Shown: piece after piece, positions 49,758 to 59,223 of the stretch
Layout: every line of letters starts with the position of its first letter
Numbering within the stretch: the stretch's first letter is position 1
Assembly: GCA_965202625.1 (NCBI GenBank)
Contig: CBDBBI010000010.1
Coordinates: forward strand, 1,664,001 to 1,728,000
DNA length: 64,000 nucleotides
Reading direction: 5' to 3'
DNA from: a bacterium
GTDB taxonomy: Bacteria > UBA8248
Position numbers and translations under genes: made by a program
The notes under the pieces: generated by a model
What the model saw: only the letters and a program-made list of their open reading frames with translations
Told to the model about the DNA's origin: nothing
Database searches by the model: none

Positions 49758-50857
49758 GGTTTATCGTCCGTCTCCGGCGTTGGGATTTCCGAGGTGGCTT
49801 CTTCGTATTCGGCAATCCACGCTTCGGCTTCTTCGGACGTGTAGGCTCCGGTTTGGGCGCCGCTATTCGTCGGCAACTCATGGCTTGGCGGCTGGTCGAT
49901 ATGCGGCTTCAGTTGCTCTCTCAATACCCGTGCTCCTCCATCGGACAAGGACAAAACTTTGAGGATGGAATCCACATATTCCCTCGTCAATCCGCCCCCG
50001 AAAATGACTTTGGAGAGATCGCTCTTACAGCCGACTAACCGAGTTATGCGTTCCGCAAATCCACCGTAGAATATTATTTCACTGCACGCCCCTTGCAAAT
50101 GCGCATCCACGAGATCTGCCCCTTGTAATTGCGCCTTCCGGAGATTTGCCCCCTGCAAATGCGCAAACCCGAGATCCGCCCCCTCCAAATGCGCAATATC
50201 AAGATCTGCCCCTTGTAGTTGCGCAAGCCTGAGATCTGCCCCTTGCAGTTGCGTCTCGCCGAGGTTCGCACCTTCTAAATGCGCATCTTGAAGATTCGCG
50301 CCGTTCAGCCAGCTGCCCGCCAAATTGATGCGGAGACCTATAAAGACGTTAAAGATGTCGTGCTTCTGCACGAAAAGCAGGGTCAGCAGGCTCTGGATTT
50401 CCTTGGAAGGCTTCGCCGAGTAATCCTTTTGATATTTGGACTCTCTCGTCGTCCGGCGGACGTGCGCGCAGAGAATGTCGAGCACCATCCGTCGCAATTC
50501 CCGAGTATCTCGCGCCAAACGGAAGAGTTCATGAGCCCCGCCCAGACGAACGGAATCCGAATCATTGCCCATATGTTCGATGGCGTTTTTCAGACGCTCC
50601 TGCTGACGCTCCTGCCCCCGCTTCTGGGCTGCCACAACCCGTATGACGATCAGGACGTAGAGCATGGCGACACCCAGAACGTACAGAGTGTGAAATTTTA
50701 TCCCGAAGAGGTAAAAAGCCGATGTCGGGCCTTCGGAGAACAAGCTGACCAAAAAAAGCACAAACAAACACACAAGCAGGCACACCCACCAAAAAACGCG
50801 CATGAAGTCTTTCCACCAGGAAAGGATGCGGGCTTTCAGCCGGTTCCACGTCGGCAT
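49745..50857 (-). CDS. Membrane-anchored pentapeptide-repeat protein (7 decamer units), tandem paralog
   Basis: Same architecture; 7 x 30-bp units at 50093-50302; stop overlaps next start. Confidence 0.9.
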   Translation of the reverse strand: MPTWNRLKARILSWWKDFMRVFWWVCLLVCLFVLFLVSLFSEGPTSAFYLFGIKFHTLYVLGVAMLYVLIVIRVVAAQKRGQERQQERLKNAIEHMGNDSDSVRLGGAHELFRLARDTRELRRMVLDILCAHVRRTTRESKYQKDYSAKPSKEIQSLLTLLFVQKHDIFNVFIGLRINLAGSWLNGANLQDAHLEGANLGETQLQGADLRLAQLQGADLDIAHLEGADLGFAHLQGANLRKAQLQGADLVDAHLQGACSEIIFYGGFAERITRLVGCKSDLSKVIFGGGLTREYVDSILKVLSLSDGGARVLREQLKPHIDQPPSHELPTNSGAQTGAYTSEEAEAWIAEYEEATSEIPTPETDDKPCRS

Positions 50858-50994
50858 GGGCGTTTCTCACTCTCTTCGTTCGGGCGGAAGGCTGTAGCCT
50901 AGAACACCCCCCATCAGCCATTCAAGCGCACCGCACCTCGTCTCACCAACCCCGCCCGCCCGTGCCTGGAACGGGTGCGGAGGGTTCCCCGCCT

Positions 50995-51163
50995 GGAGCC
51001 GGACAAAATCATGGCAAATGGGCTAAAAAATTCGCGGATTTTCCGAGGCGAAACGTCCTGAAAAATGACCGTTGTAGGGGGCGTAAAAGGCTCATAAAAC
51101 GCCCGTGCAAGGGCGTTGCAAAAGCCGTTCAAGGCAAGGTTGGCGAGCGTGATGGCGGCGCGG
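50995..51163 (-). repeat. Dispersed non-coding repeat, copy 3
   Basis: Direct repeat of 47663-47828. Confidence 0.85.
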
Positions 51164-51184
51164 GCGTCCGCGTCCCCGGCGACG

Positions 51185-52402
51185 CTAGAGGGCGCCGGCG
51201 AACGCCTCTCCCGCCAGAAGCCCCCCCAGTTTCAGGCGCGTGGTGTCGTTCAGGCCGTCGATGTGGTAGCACATCATCGCGTCGCGCAGATGGCGCTCGG
51301 CGGAATGGGTGTCCATGTAGCCGTTGCCGCCGAATACGTTCATCGCCCGAATGCAGACCTGGGGGGCCATCTCCGATGCGAACAGGGCGGCGCGCATCCC
51401 CTCCTTGTGGTCGTATGCACCCTCCGGCGCCGCATCCGCGTGCCAGGCCGCGCGCCAGACGGCGTCGCGCGCGACGGTGATGCTCACGTACATGTCGGCG
51501 AGCAGCTCCCGAATACGTGCGTGCTCGATGATGGGCTTTCCGCCCTGGACGCGCTTTCGGGCGTAGGCGCGAGCGTCCTCAAAGGCGGCGCGGGCGATGC
51601 CGACGCCAAAGGTGGCGGTGGTGGGCGAGTGGCGGGCGAACACGCGCGCCATGTAGGGCAGCCCTCCGTCCACCTCGCTGAGACGCCACCCCTCGGGTAC
51701 CTCGGCGTTCTCATAGACGAGCTCCCCGTTCATCAAAAGGCGCGCGCCGAGCTTCCCGTGAATGACGCCGCGCCGAAAGCCGGGCGTCTCGTCTGTGGTG
51801 ATGAACATGGTGGCACCCTCGTTCACGGGAACGTTCGGGTTCGTCCGGGCGAGCACGAAGTTCACGTTGCTCATCGCCGCACAGGCGATGAAGTGCTTCG
51901 TCCCGTTCAGTACCCACACATCTCCGCACCTCTCGGCGGAGAGCCGCATTCCGCCGTCCACGTTCATGGCGGGCATGATGTTGTCCGTCCCCGCCTCCGG
52001 CTCCGTCATGCCGATGGCCATGGTGGAGGTGTCCACGTCCATGAAAAGGGGCAGGAACTCCGCCCTTTGCGCGTCCGTGGTGAAGTGGCAAAGCATCTTC
52101 GCCAGTTTCCAGCCCTGGTGAATCACGGAGGCGAAGCCCGCCTCTCCCTGAAACAGCTCCTCCAGCAGCACCACGTGCGCGAATATGCCCAGGCCCGCTC
52201 CGCCCATCTCCTCCGGCACGGTCAAGGTTCTGATGCCCGCTTTCGAGGCTTTGCGCAGGACGTCCATGGGAAAGGGATGCGCAGGGTCCACCCCGTTCTG
52301 GCGATCCCATTCGGCGGCGTGGGGCCGCAGCTCGTCTCTGGCGAATGCAGCGACCCTCTCCTGCCAGGATTTCAGCCCATCATCAAGAACGTAGTCCACC
52401 AT
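51185..52402 (-). CDS. Acyl-CoA dehydrogenase family protein
   Basis: VPEEMGGAG, GMTEPEAGTD, LNGTKHFI, RVQGGKPIIEH, FGGNGYM, ERHLRDA. Confidence 0.9.
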   Translation of the reverse strand: MVDYVLDDGLKSWQERVAAFARDELRPHAAEWDRQNGVDPAHPFPMDVLRKASKAGIRTLTVPEEMGGAGLGIFAHVVLLEELFQGEAGFASVIHQGWKLAKMLCHFTTDAQRAEFLPLFMDVDTSTMAIGMTEPEAGTDNIMPAMNVDGGMRLSAERCGDVWVLNGTKHFIACAAMSNVNFVLARTNPNVPVNEGATMFITTDETPGFRRGVIHGKLGARLLMNGELVYENAEVPEGWRLSEVDGGLPYMARVFARHSPTTATFGVGIARAAFEDARAYARKRVQGGKPIIEHARIRELLADMYVSITVARDAVWRAAWHADAAPEGAYDHKEGMRAALFASEMAPQVCIRAMNVFGGNGYMDTHSAERHLRDAMMCYHIDGLNDTTRLKLGGLLAGEAFAGAL

Positions 52403-52457
52403 CTCCGCTCCCCCCGCGCCTGCTGAAGGCGCATGAACGCATCTCCCGACCCGCTCC

Positions 52458-53405
52458 CTACTCCGAGTCGTCGTTTTCCCTGAGCCAGCGGATGAGCGCC
52501 GCATTCCGTGCCCGCATCGCCGCAGCAGTCGATTCCGCCGACCACCTGTAAAAGCCCTCGCCGCTCTTCACGCCGAGCAGGTTCTTCTCCACCATCCCGT
52601 CCACCAAGGGCGAGGCCTGCACCCGATTATCGAGCGAGGGCTGAACCTGGCGATGCACGTCGCGCAGCACGTCCAGACCCGAGAAGTCGCTGAGCATACA
52701 CACTCCGAGAGCCGAGAAAAGAGGGGCGAGGGAGCGCCACACGGCGTCGACGTCCTCGGGACGCGCGTAGCCCTTCTCCACGATGTGAAAGGCCTCGCGC
52801 CTGAGCGCCGTCGTGAGCCGCACTCCGACGTGGCCGGGCACCTCCCGGCACAGGATGGGCTTCTTGCCCGCTCGCCTCAACAGCGCGCACGCGATTCGCG
52901 TGGTCTCCTCGCTCGTTCGCCGGCCGGGCGCCACCTCCACGATCGGAATCAAGTGGGGGGGCGTATAATTGTGCGTGGTGATGCAGCGCTCGGGATGCTT
53001 CGTTCGCTGCGAGATATCCGTCATCCCCAAACCTGAAGTCTCGCTCGCCAGTATCACGTCCGGCGGGGATATCGCATCCATCCTCTCGAAAACTTCCTGC
53101 TTGAACACGAGGTTCTCACTCACCGCCTCGACGACGAAATCACCGCCCGAGACGGCTTCGTGAAAATCCTGCGTCGAGGCGATGCGCCCTGAAGCGTCGC
53201 GCGCATCCTCCGCACTCCACGCGTCTGCGTCCACGAGCGCCTCAAGGCTCTCCTCGATTCCCCGGCGCGCGCGCGCAGCACCCTCTGCGCTTCGGTTGTA
53301 GAGCAGGACGCAAAAGTGCGCCCGCGCGAACTGAAGCGCCACGCCCCGGCCCACGTATCCGCCCCCGATGACCGCGACGCTTTGAACGTCCTCCGCCTCG
53401 CGCAT
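52458..53405 (-). CDS. 3-hydroxyacyl-CoA dehydrogenase family protein
   Basis: VIGGGYVG, VEAVSENL..K, LASETSG, HNYTPPHLIPIVEV, LGVKSGEGFY. Confidence 0.85.
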   Translation of the reverse strand: MREAEDVQSVAVIGGGYVGRGVALQFARAHFCVLLYNRSAEGAARARRGIEESLEALVDADAWSAEDARDASGRIASTQDFHEAVSGGDFVVEAVSENLVFKQEVFERMDAISPPDVILASETSGLGMTDISQRTKHPERCITTHNYTPPHLIPIVEVAPGRRTSEETTRIACALLRRAGKKPILCREVPGHVGVRLTTALRREAFHIVEKGYARPEDVDAVWRSLAPLFSALGVCMLSDFSGLDVLRDVHRQVQPSLDNRVQASPLVDGMVEKNLLGVKSGEGFYRWSAESTAAAMRARNAALIRWLRENDDSE

Positions 53406-53519
53406 GAGGGCCCCCGGCGTGGAATGGATGAGAGGAATCAGGGAGAATGTATCATAAGCGCCCCCCCGACGCCATCGGAAGGCACCGCTCCCGAACGGCG
53501 CAAAAGGAAAGGACGGACG

Positions 53520-54620
53520 ATGGGGAAGCGAAGGGCCGCATTCTTTTTGCTCGGAGTCGCACTCTACGCCTGCGGCGGCGAGGGGGGGTTCTCTCCGGCG
53601 GGAAACATGGGCACCCCCCGGCACGGGCATACCGCCACGAGGCTCGCATCAGGAGAGATACTCATCGCCGCCGGCCTCACCAAAACCTCCCCGCTCGGCC
53701 ATCTGGAGACGTATGACCCGACGCAAAAGGTTTTCAGGCCCCGCGCGCCGGAAGGCTTTCAAGCGCGGGGCTGGCACAAGGCCACCCCCATGGAGGGCGG
53801 AGTGCTGATCTCGGGAGGCTGGACGACAGGCGGCGAGGCGCTCAGGAGCGCCCTTCTCATACATCCAGGCGGCGGAGTTCTCTCGCGCGCCATGATGAAG
53901 CGGGGCCGCTACGACCACACGGCGACGAGGCTGCCGAACGGAGGCGCGCTCATCGCCGGCGGCAACGACGGCAAGCGCGCCATTCGCCATCTGGAGATAT
54001 ACCTGCCGGACGAGCGGCGCTTCGCCTCCGCGCGAAGGCCCATGCTCACCCCAAGGCAGCAGCACAGCGCCACCGCGCTTTCGGGGGGCGAGGTGCTCAT
54101 CATCGGCGGTGCGGAGGGAGCAGGGGCGCGATACGCGGAGATGTATCTGCCCGCACAAGGAAGAACGCGCCTCGTCCGCAGCCTCACGGCCCAAAGGAGT
54201 CGCCACAGCGCCACGCGGCTCAAAGACGGGAGCGTGCTCATCGCAGGCGGGTTGGGCGAGGACAAAACGCTTGACAGCGCGGAGATATTCGACCCCGGAA
54301 CGCAGAGGTTCATTCCGCTTGCGAGCAAATTGCGCGTGAGGCGGCAGCAGCATACCGCCACGCTGCTTCCGGACGGCAGGGTTGTCCTCATCGGGGGCTG
54401 GGGGGGTGCGGGACGCACCCTCGCCAGCGCGGAGGTGTTTGACCCCGAGAGGCGATGCTTCCATCTGGCGGATGGGGAGATGAAGTCGCCCCGGCGCCTT
54501 CACACGGCCACCTCGCTCGGGGGGCTACGGGTGCTCATCGCAGGGGGTGCGTCCGAGGCGGAGGTGCTCGGGTCTGCGGAGATTCTCGAGATGGACCCAG
54601 ACAGAGAAGACGAATGTTGA
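53520..54620 (+). CDS. Kelch-repeat beta-propeller lipoprotein
   Basis: Lipobox LYAC; seven R..H.AT.L..G.VLI.GG repeats. Confidence 0.85.
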   Translation: MGKRRAAFFLLGVALYACGGEGGFSPAGNMGTPRHGHTATRLASGEILIAAGLTKTSPLGHLETYDPTQKVFRPRAPEGFQARGWHKATPMEGGVLISGGWTTGGEALRSALLIHPGGGVLSRAMMKRGRYDHTATRLPNGGALIAGGNDGKRAIRHLEIYLPDERRFASARRPMLTPRQQHSATALSGGEVLIIGGAEGAGARYAEMYLPAQGRTRLVRSLTAQRSRHSATRLKDGSVLIAGGLGEDKTLDSAEIFDPGTQRFIPLASKLRVRRQQHTATLLPDGRVVLIGGWGGAGRTLASAEVFDPERRCFHLADGEMKSPRRLHTATSLGGLRVLIAGGASEAEVLGSAEILEMDPDREDEC

Positions 54621-54712
54621 CGCTGGCGCGCTCGGTGCCCTGGAGTCTGAAACGCTCCGCCTGCACCCAGCGCGGACGATGCAAACCGCTTGCGCAAACG
54701 AGGAGAATTCGC

Positions 54713-55918
54713 ATGTCTTTCCAACACGCACGACGCCGGGACAACCAGCAATGGATGCTCGATTACGTGGTCAAAACGGCCGGCATGGTACAGAACTTCG
54801 AAGACGACAGGTTCGAGCTTCCCAGGGGCGTGAAGAACTACAGGATGATCAGCAAGCTGCAGGGGGAGGATGCGGCGCACAAAGAAGAGGTCGCCCGCGC
54901 GGCGGAGGAGTCCGGAATGCGTGAGACGGCACTTGAACTCTACGTCCAGGCGTCGGAATCCTACCGAAAAGGGCAGCACGCGATATTTGAAGACGACCAC
55001 CCGCAGAAGATCAGGCTCCACGCCGGGCTGATTCGCTGCTACGACCGGGCGATGGCGCTGTCCGACTATCCGATGGAGCGCGTCGAGGTTCCCTTTGAAG
55101 GCCAGGAAATCCAGATCATCCTGCACCTTCTGCCGGAGGGCGAGAAGGCCCCCTGCGTCATCTACATCCCCGGCATGGACCAAACGAAAGAGTTCTACCC
55201 CTATATCCTGCAGAACGACGTGATTCGGCGGGGCATGCACGCATGTGCCATGGACGGCCCCGGGCAAGGCATCTCCAACTTGCGAAAGATCCGCGTCGCC
55301 GAGGACAACTATGAGCGCGCCGTCTCGGCGGTGATCGACCATCTGGCGACGCTCCCGCAGATAGACGAGGACAGGATCGGCGTCTTCGGCATCAGCATGG
55401 GCTCCTACTGGGCACCGCGCGCCGCGGCGATAGACCGCCGCATCAAGGCGTGCGCGGGGGGCAGTGCCACGTTCTCGGACAAGCGCGTCATCTTCGGCGA
55501 AGCCTCTCCGCGCTTCAAGCAAATTTTCATGTATATGGCCGGATACGCGGACGAAGACGCGTTTGACGAGATGGCGGAGAATATGACGCTCAGAGGCTGC
55601 GGGGCGGAGATCGCATGTCCCATCCTGTTGGCTACGGGAGAGTTCGACCCGTTGAGCCATCTCGAAGACGCCTTCCGCTTCTTTGACGAGATCACAGCCC
55701 CCAAGGAATTGTGGGTACTGGAAAACGAGTTTCACAGGGTCTGGGGAATGCAGGGGCTCGGCGGCCTGGATCTGAACCCCTGGGCCGTGGACTGGATGCG
55801 AAAAGCGCTTCAGGGGGAGATTCCCGAGGGGCACGACAAGACGGTCTACGTCAGGCAAAAATCAGGCGGCGGGGCTTTCAGCGGCCCCGTTCCGGATGAC
55901 CACCCGAGACGATGGTGA
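54713..55918 (+). CDS. Alpha/beta hydrolase (2,6-dihydroxypseudooxynicotine hydrolase/FrsA-like)
   Basis: PGMDQTKE, DGPGQG, GISMG nucleophile, GEFDPL. Confidence 0.82.
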   Translation: MSFQHARRRDNQQWMLDYVVKTAGMVQNFEDDRFELPRGVKNYRMISKLQGEDAAHKEEVARAAEESGMRETALELYVQASESYRKGQHAIFEDDHPQKIRLHAGLIRCYDRAMALSDYPMERVEVPFEGQEIQIILHLLPEGEKAPCVIYIPGMDQTKEFYPYILQNDVIRRGMHACAMDGPGQGISNLRKIRVAEDNYERAVSAVIDHLATLPQIDEDRIGVFGISMGSYWAPRAAAIDRRIKACAGGSATFSDKRVIFGEASPRFKQIFMYMAGYADEDAFDEMAENMTLRGCGAEIACPILLATGEFDPLSHLEDAFRFFDEITAPKELWVLENEFHRVWGMQGLGGLDLNPWAVDWMRKALQGEIPEGHDKTVYVRQKSGGGAFSGPVPDDHPRRW

Positions 55919-56102
55919 GCCGACCGCAAGCATGACGAAACCGCCGAAGCGGCACCAGGAGGCGCCCGCATCTTCCTTTTGCAAAAAACGAGAATATACA
56001 ACATAGTTCGAGTGCCTGGGAAATCAGCCTCCGGATTCCCTCGAGACAGAGCGGCCCTCTCGTTCACGTCCGGGCCGTGCCATACCGCAGAAGGAGATTG
56101 GA

Positions 56103-57365
56103 ATGCCTGGCCATCCCGTCAACAGCGACCTGGAGCCCATCACCGAGAACTGGCGAATATCGCAGCACTGCTTCTCCGAGGAAATCCGCTCGCAAATGAC
56201 GCTTCCCGAGAAGTTTCAGCTCTGCGACATCACCTTGCGGGAGGGCAGACAACTCCCCGGCGTGTCCTTGAGGCGCGATGAGGTCATCCGCATCGCCGAC
56301 GCGCTCGTCGACGCCGGCGTGGGCATGGTCCAGATGCACCACGACGACCCGAAAGAGATGGAGGAGGTGAAAAAACGGCATCCGGCACTCATCGTGGAGG
56401 CACTCGTCCATCCCACCGCCGTCCTGAATCCGGAGCTCGCGAAAGTGGAAGTCGACCTCAACGTGGAGCACGGAGCGGACTATACGACCCTTTGCTTCTC
56501 TTTTTCGCCGCACCAGATGTGCCTGTTTGAATCCATGGCCGGAGATCCGAACATCACCATCGAGCAGGCCATCAAGCGCGCCTGCGGCTCCGTGGCCTAC
56601 GCCCGCGAGAAATCCGGCCCCGACAGGAAGGTGGGCTGCCTGATCCAGGACTGCACGCGCATTCCTATCGCGCGCCTCGCCCAGGTATGCGGTGCGCTCG
56701 TGGATGCGGGCGCCGACATGATCAAGCTCGACGACATCAACGGCATGGCTATCGCCTCCGTCTATACCTACGTCGTTCGGGAGATGAAGCGCCTGCTGCC
56801 CGGAACGGAAATCGGCCTCCACACCCACAACGACATCGGCATGGCGTGCGCCGCCCTGTATGCGGGTCTGGAGGGCGGTGCCGACCTCCTCGACGCCTGC
56901 GTGAACGGTCTGGGCGAGCGCGCCCACATCGCCCCCCTGGCCGAAGTCGCCTCGGTCATCCAGATCTACTACGGCATCGACTGCGGCATTCAGCTGCACA
57001 AAATGTATGCACTCTCCAAACTCGTCTCCGACGTCATGAAGTGGCCCATGACGGACACGATGCCCTTCGTGGGCGAGACGGCGTTCTCCCACCTCGTCGA
57101 GGTGCACTACCGCGTGCCCGAAGGCGAGGAGGGCTTCTGGGCGTATTCGTGCATGAAGCCCGGGATTTTTGGAAACCGCATGCACAATCTTCTGGGCCAC
57201 TATTCGGGAAACTGGGCGATACGCGCCAAGGCGCGCGAACTCGACCTCGACTTGCCCGGAGAAAAGGAAGAAGCCGTCCTCCGGCAAGTTCGGACGGATA
57301 TCCGCTGGCGCAAGCGGCAACTGAAGGATGAGGAATTCGAGGCCATCGTCCGGGCGGTCTGCTGA
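56103..57365 (+). CDS. DRE-TIM metallolyase (homocitrate/isopropylmalate synthase family), no regulatory domain
   Basis: DITLREGRQ, HTHNDIGMA, NGLGERA, FVGETAFSH. Confidence 0.85.
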   Translation: MPGHPVNSDLEPITENWRISQHCFSEEIRSQMTLPEKFQLCDITLREGRQLPGVSLRRDEVIRIADALVDAGVGMVQMHHDDPKEMEEVKKRHPALIVEALVHPTAVLNPELAKVEVDLNVEHGADYTTLCFSFSPHQMCLFESMAGDPNITIEQAIKRACGSVAYAREKSGPDRKVGCLIQDCTRIPIARLAQVCGALVDAGADMIKLDDINGMAIASVYTYVVREMKRLLPGTEIGLHTHNDIGMACAALYAGLEGGADLLDACVNGLGERAHIAPLAEVASVIQIYYGIDCGIQLHKMYALSKLVSDVMKWPMTDTMPFVGETAFSHLVEVHYRVPEGEEGFWAYSCMKPGIFGNRMHNLLGHYSGNWAIRAKARELDLDLPGEKEEAVLRQVRTDIRWRKRQLKDEEFEAIVRAVC

Positions 57366-57475
57366 GGGAGCGCTTCCAAAAACCAGGCCGAGGCAGGCGC
57401 CCGGCATGAGGGAGCCGCATTTTCGCTCGAGCGGGTGCGCGCCGCGCGCGCCGTTCATCCACCCGAGGAGAAAAC

Positions 57476-58252
57476 ATGAAACTGGAGGGCAAGGTCGCAT
57501 TCATCACGGGCGCGTCGGGCGGCATAGGAGGTGCCATCGCGCGCACCTACGCACGCGAGGGGGCACGTATCGCCCTGGCCGCCCGTTCCGTGGACAAGCT
57601 GGAAGCACTCGCCGGAGAGATAGAGGACATGGGGCGAGAGGCGCTCGTCTGCCGGTGCGACGTCATGCGGGATCAGGACATCCTCGATGCGCTCCGCAAG
57701 ACGGCGAGTGTGCTGGGCCCGGTGGACGTTCTGGTGAACAACGCCGGCGTCGTGAGCTTCGAGGCAGTGCACGCCCTTCCCGATGCGGTGTGGGAGCGCA
57801 CGATGCAGATCAACGCGAAAGCACCCTTCACGGCGATTCGGGAGGTTCTCCCCTCGATGCTTGAGCGCAAATCCGGAAAGATCATCAACGTGGCGTCGGT
57901 TTCGGGAAAGATCGGCCTCGCCTACAGAAGCGCATACGCGGCGTCGAAACACGCCGTCCTGGGCCTCACCAAGGCACTCTCCGCCGAGGTCGCCCCGTTC
58001 GGCATCACGGCAAACTGCATCTGCCCCACCTTCGTCTCCACCCCCATGTTCGATGAGAGCATCCAGAAATGGGCGGACGAGACGGGCAGAACTTTCGAGG
58101 AGCAGGCACAAGAGCTGAGAGACAAGGTGCCCATGAAGCGCTTTATCGATCCGGAAGAATGCGCGCCGCTGGCGCTTCTTTTGGCGTGTGCGGATTCCGG
58201 CGGCATCACCGGCCAGGCCATCAACGTGGACGGCGGCTTCGTGCAGTTCTAG
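57476..58252 (+). CDS. SDR family oxidoreductase
   Basis: TGASGGIG, VNNAG, YAASK, ITGQAINVDGG. Confidence 0.92.
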   Translation: MKLEGKVAFITGASGGIGGAIARTYAREGARIALAARSVDKLEALAGEIEDMGREALVCRCDVMRDQDILDALRKTASVLGPVDVLVNNAGVVSFEAVHALPDAVWERTMQINAKAPFTAIREVLPSMLERKSGKIINVASVSGKIGLAYRSAYAASKHAVLGLTKALSAEVAPFGITANCICPTFVSTPMFDESIQKWADETGRTFEEQAQELRDKVPMKRFIDPEECAPLALLLACADSGGITGQAINVDGGFVQF

Positions 58253-58269
58253 GACGTTGCGAGACCGAT

Positions 58270-59019
58270 ATGCGCCTTGCGAATAGAGTAGCCATCATCA
58301 CAGGAGCGGGAAGCGGCCTGGGCGAGGCCATCGCGAGGCGCTTTGCGTCCGAGGGTGCCTGCCTGCTCCTCTGCGATCGCAACGGCGGGGCCGTGGAGGG
58401 GCTCTCGGGTGCGCTCTCCGCTTCCGCCCCCGGCGTCGAGGCGTGCGAGATGGACGTATCGGATTCGGGTGCTGTGCGAAAGATGGCGGAACTCTGTCTG
58501 GAAAGATTCGGGCGAATCGACGTCCTCGTCAACAACGCGGGCATCTCGCCCAAGAAAGCGTATCTCGAATACTCCGAGGAGGATTGGGACGCCGTCATCG
58601 ACGTGAACCTGAAAGGGGAGTATCTGTGCGCCCGCGCCGTCAGCGCGCACATGATGGCGAGGGGTTACGGCCGCATCGTCAACCTCTCCTCATCCGCGTG
58701 GCGTTCGGGCGGCTTCGCGGGAGGGATTCCCTACGCCTCGGCCAAGGCCGGCGTCATCGGCCTCACGCGCGCCCTCGCCAAGACGCTGGGGCCGCACGGC
58801 ATCACCGTGAACGCGATAGCACCCGGCCCCACCGCCACGCCGCTCACGGACGAATGGCTTCCCGCCCGTCTGGAGGAGATCGTGCGGCAGATTCCGCTCG
58901 GTCGCGTGGGCAGGCCCTTGGACGTGGCCAACGCCGCGCTTTTCCTGGCCTCGGACGAGGCGGAATACGTCACGGGCATCTGCCTGGACGTGAACGGCGG
59001 CATCGCCATGGGCGGCTGA
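58270..59019 (+). CDS. SDR family oxidoreductase (FabG-like)
   Basis: TGAGSGLG, VNNAGI, YASAK, ITVNAIAPG. Confidence 0.92.
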   Translation: MRLANRVAIITGAGSGLGEAIARRFASEGACLLLCDRNGGAVEGLSGALSASAPGVEACEMDVSDSGAVRKMAELCLERFGRIDVLVNNAGISPKKAYLEYSEEDWDAVIDVNLKGEYLCARAVSAHMMARGYGRIVNLSSSAWRSGGFAGGIPYASAKAGVIGLTRALAKTLGPHGITVNAIAPGPTATPLTDEWLPARLEEIVRQIPLGRVGRPLDVANAALFLASDEAEYVTGICLDVNGGIAMGG

Positions 59020-59223
59020 TCATCGCCGCCCACCGCCCCATACGGCCCGAAACGCCGCCCTCCCCGGGCCCGCTTGCATTTCCGCATCCTGCATGACACC
59101 CTTTTCAGATGCGAATCACCCCTTGATCGGTGGTTGCGAGAGCGCACTCGCCGCGTTTTTTTCATTGCGTGCGAAGGAGCGTTCGTTCGTTTCGCGCTGG
59201 ATATAAAACGAGAGGAAATCACC

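Noticed and set aside
48783-50302. CRISPR array suggested by 30-bp periodicity
   Set aside because: Units are contiguous in-frame coding repeats with no spacers, and there are no cas genes.
48444-50857. Diversity-generating retroelement (TR/VR pair) between the pentapeptide paralogs
   Set aside because: Differences are not adenine-specific, both copies are full genes, and no reverse transcriptase is in the window.
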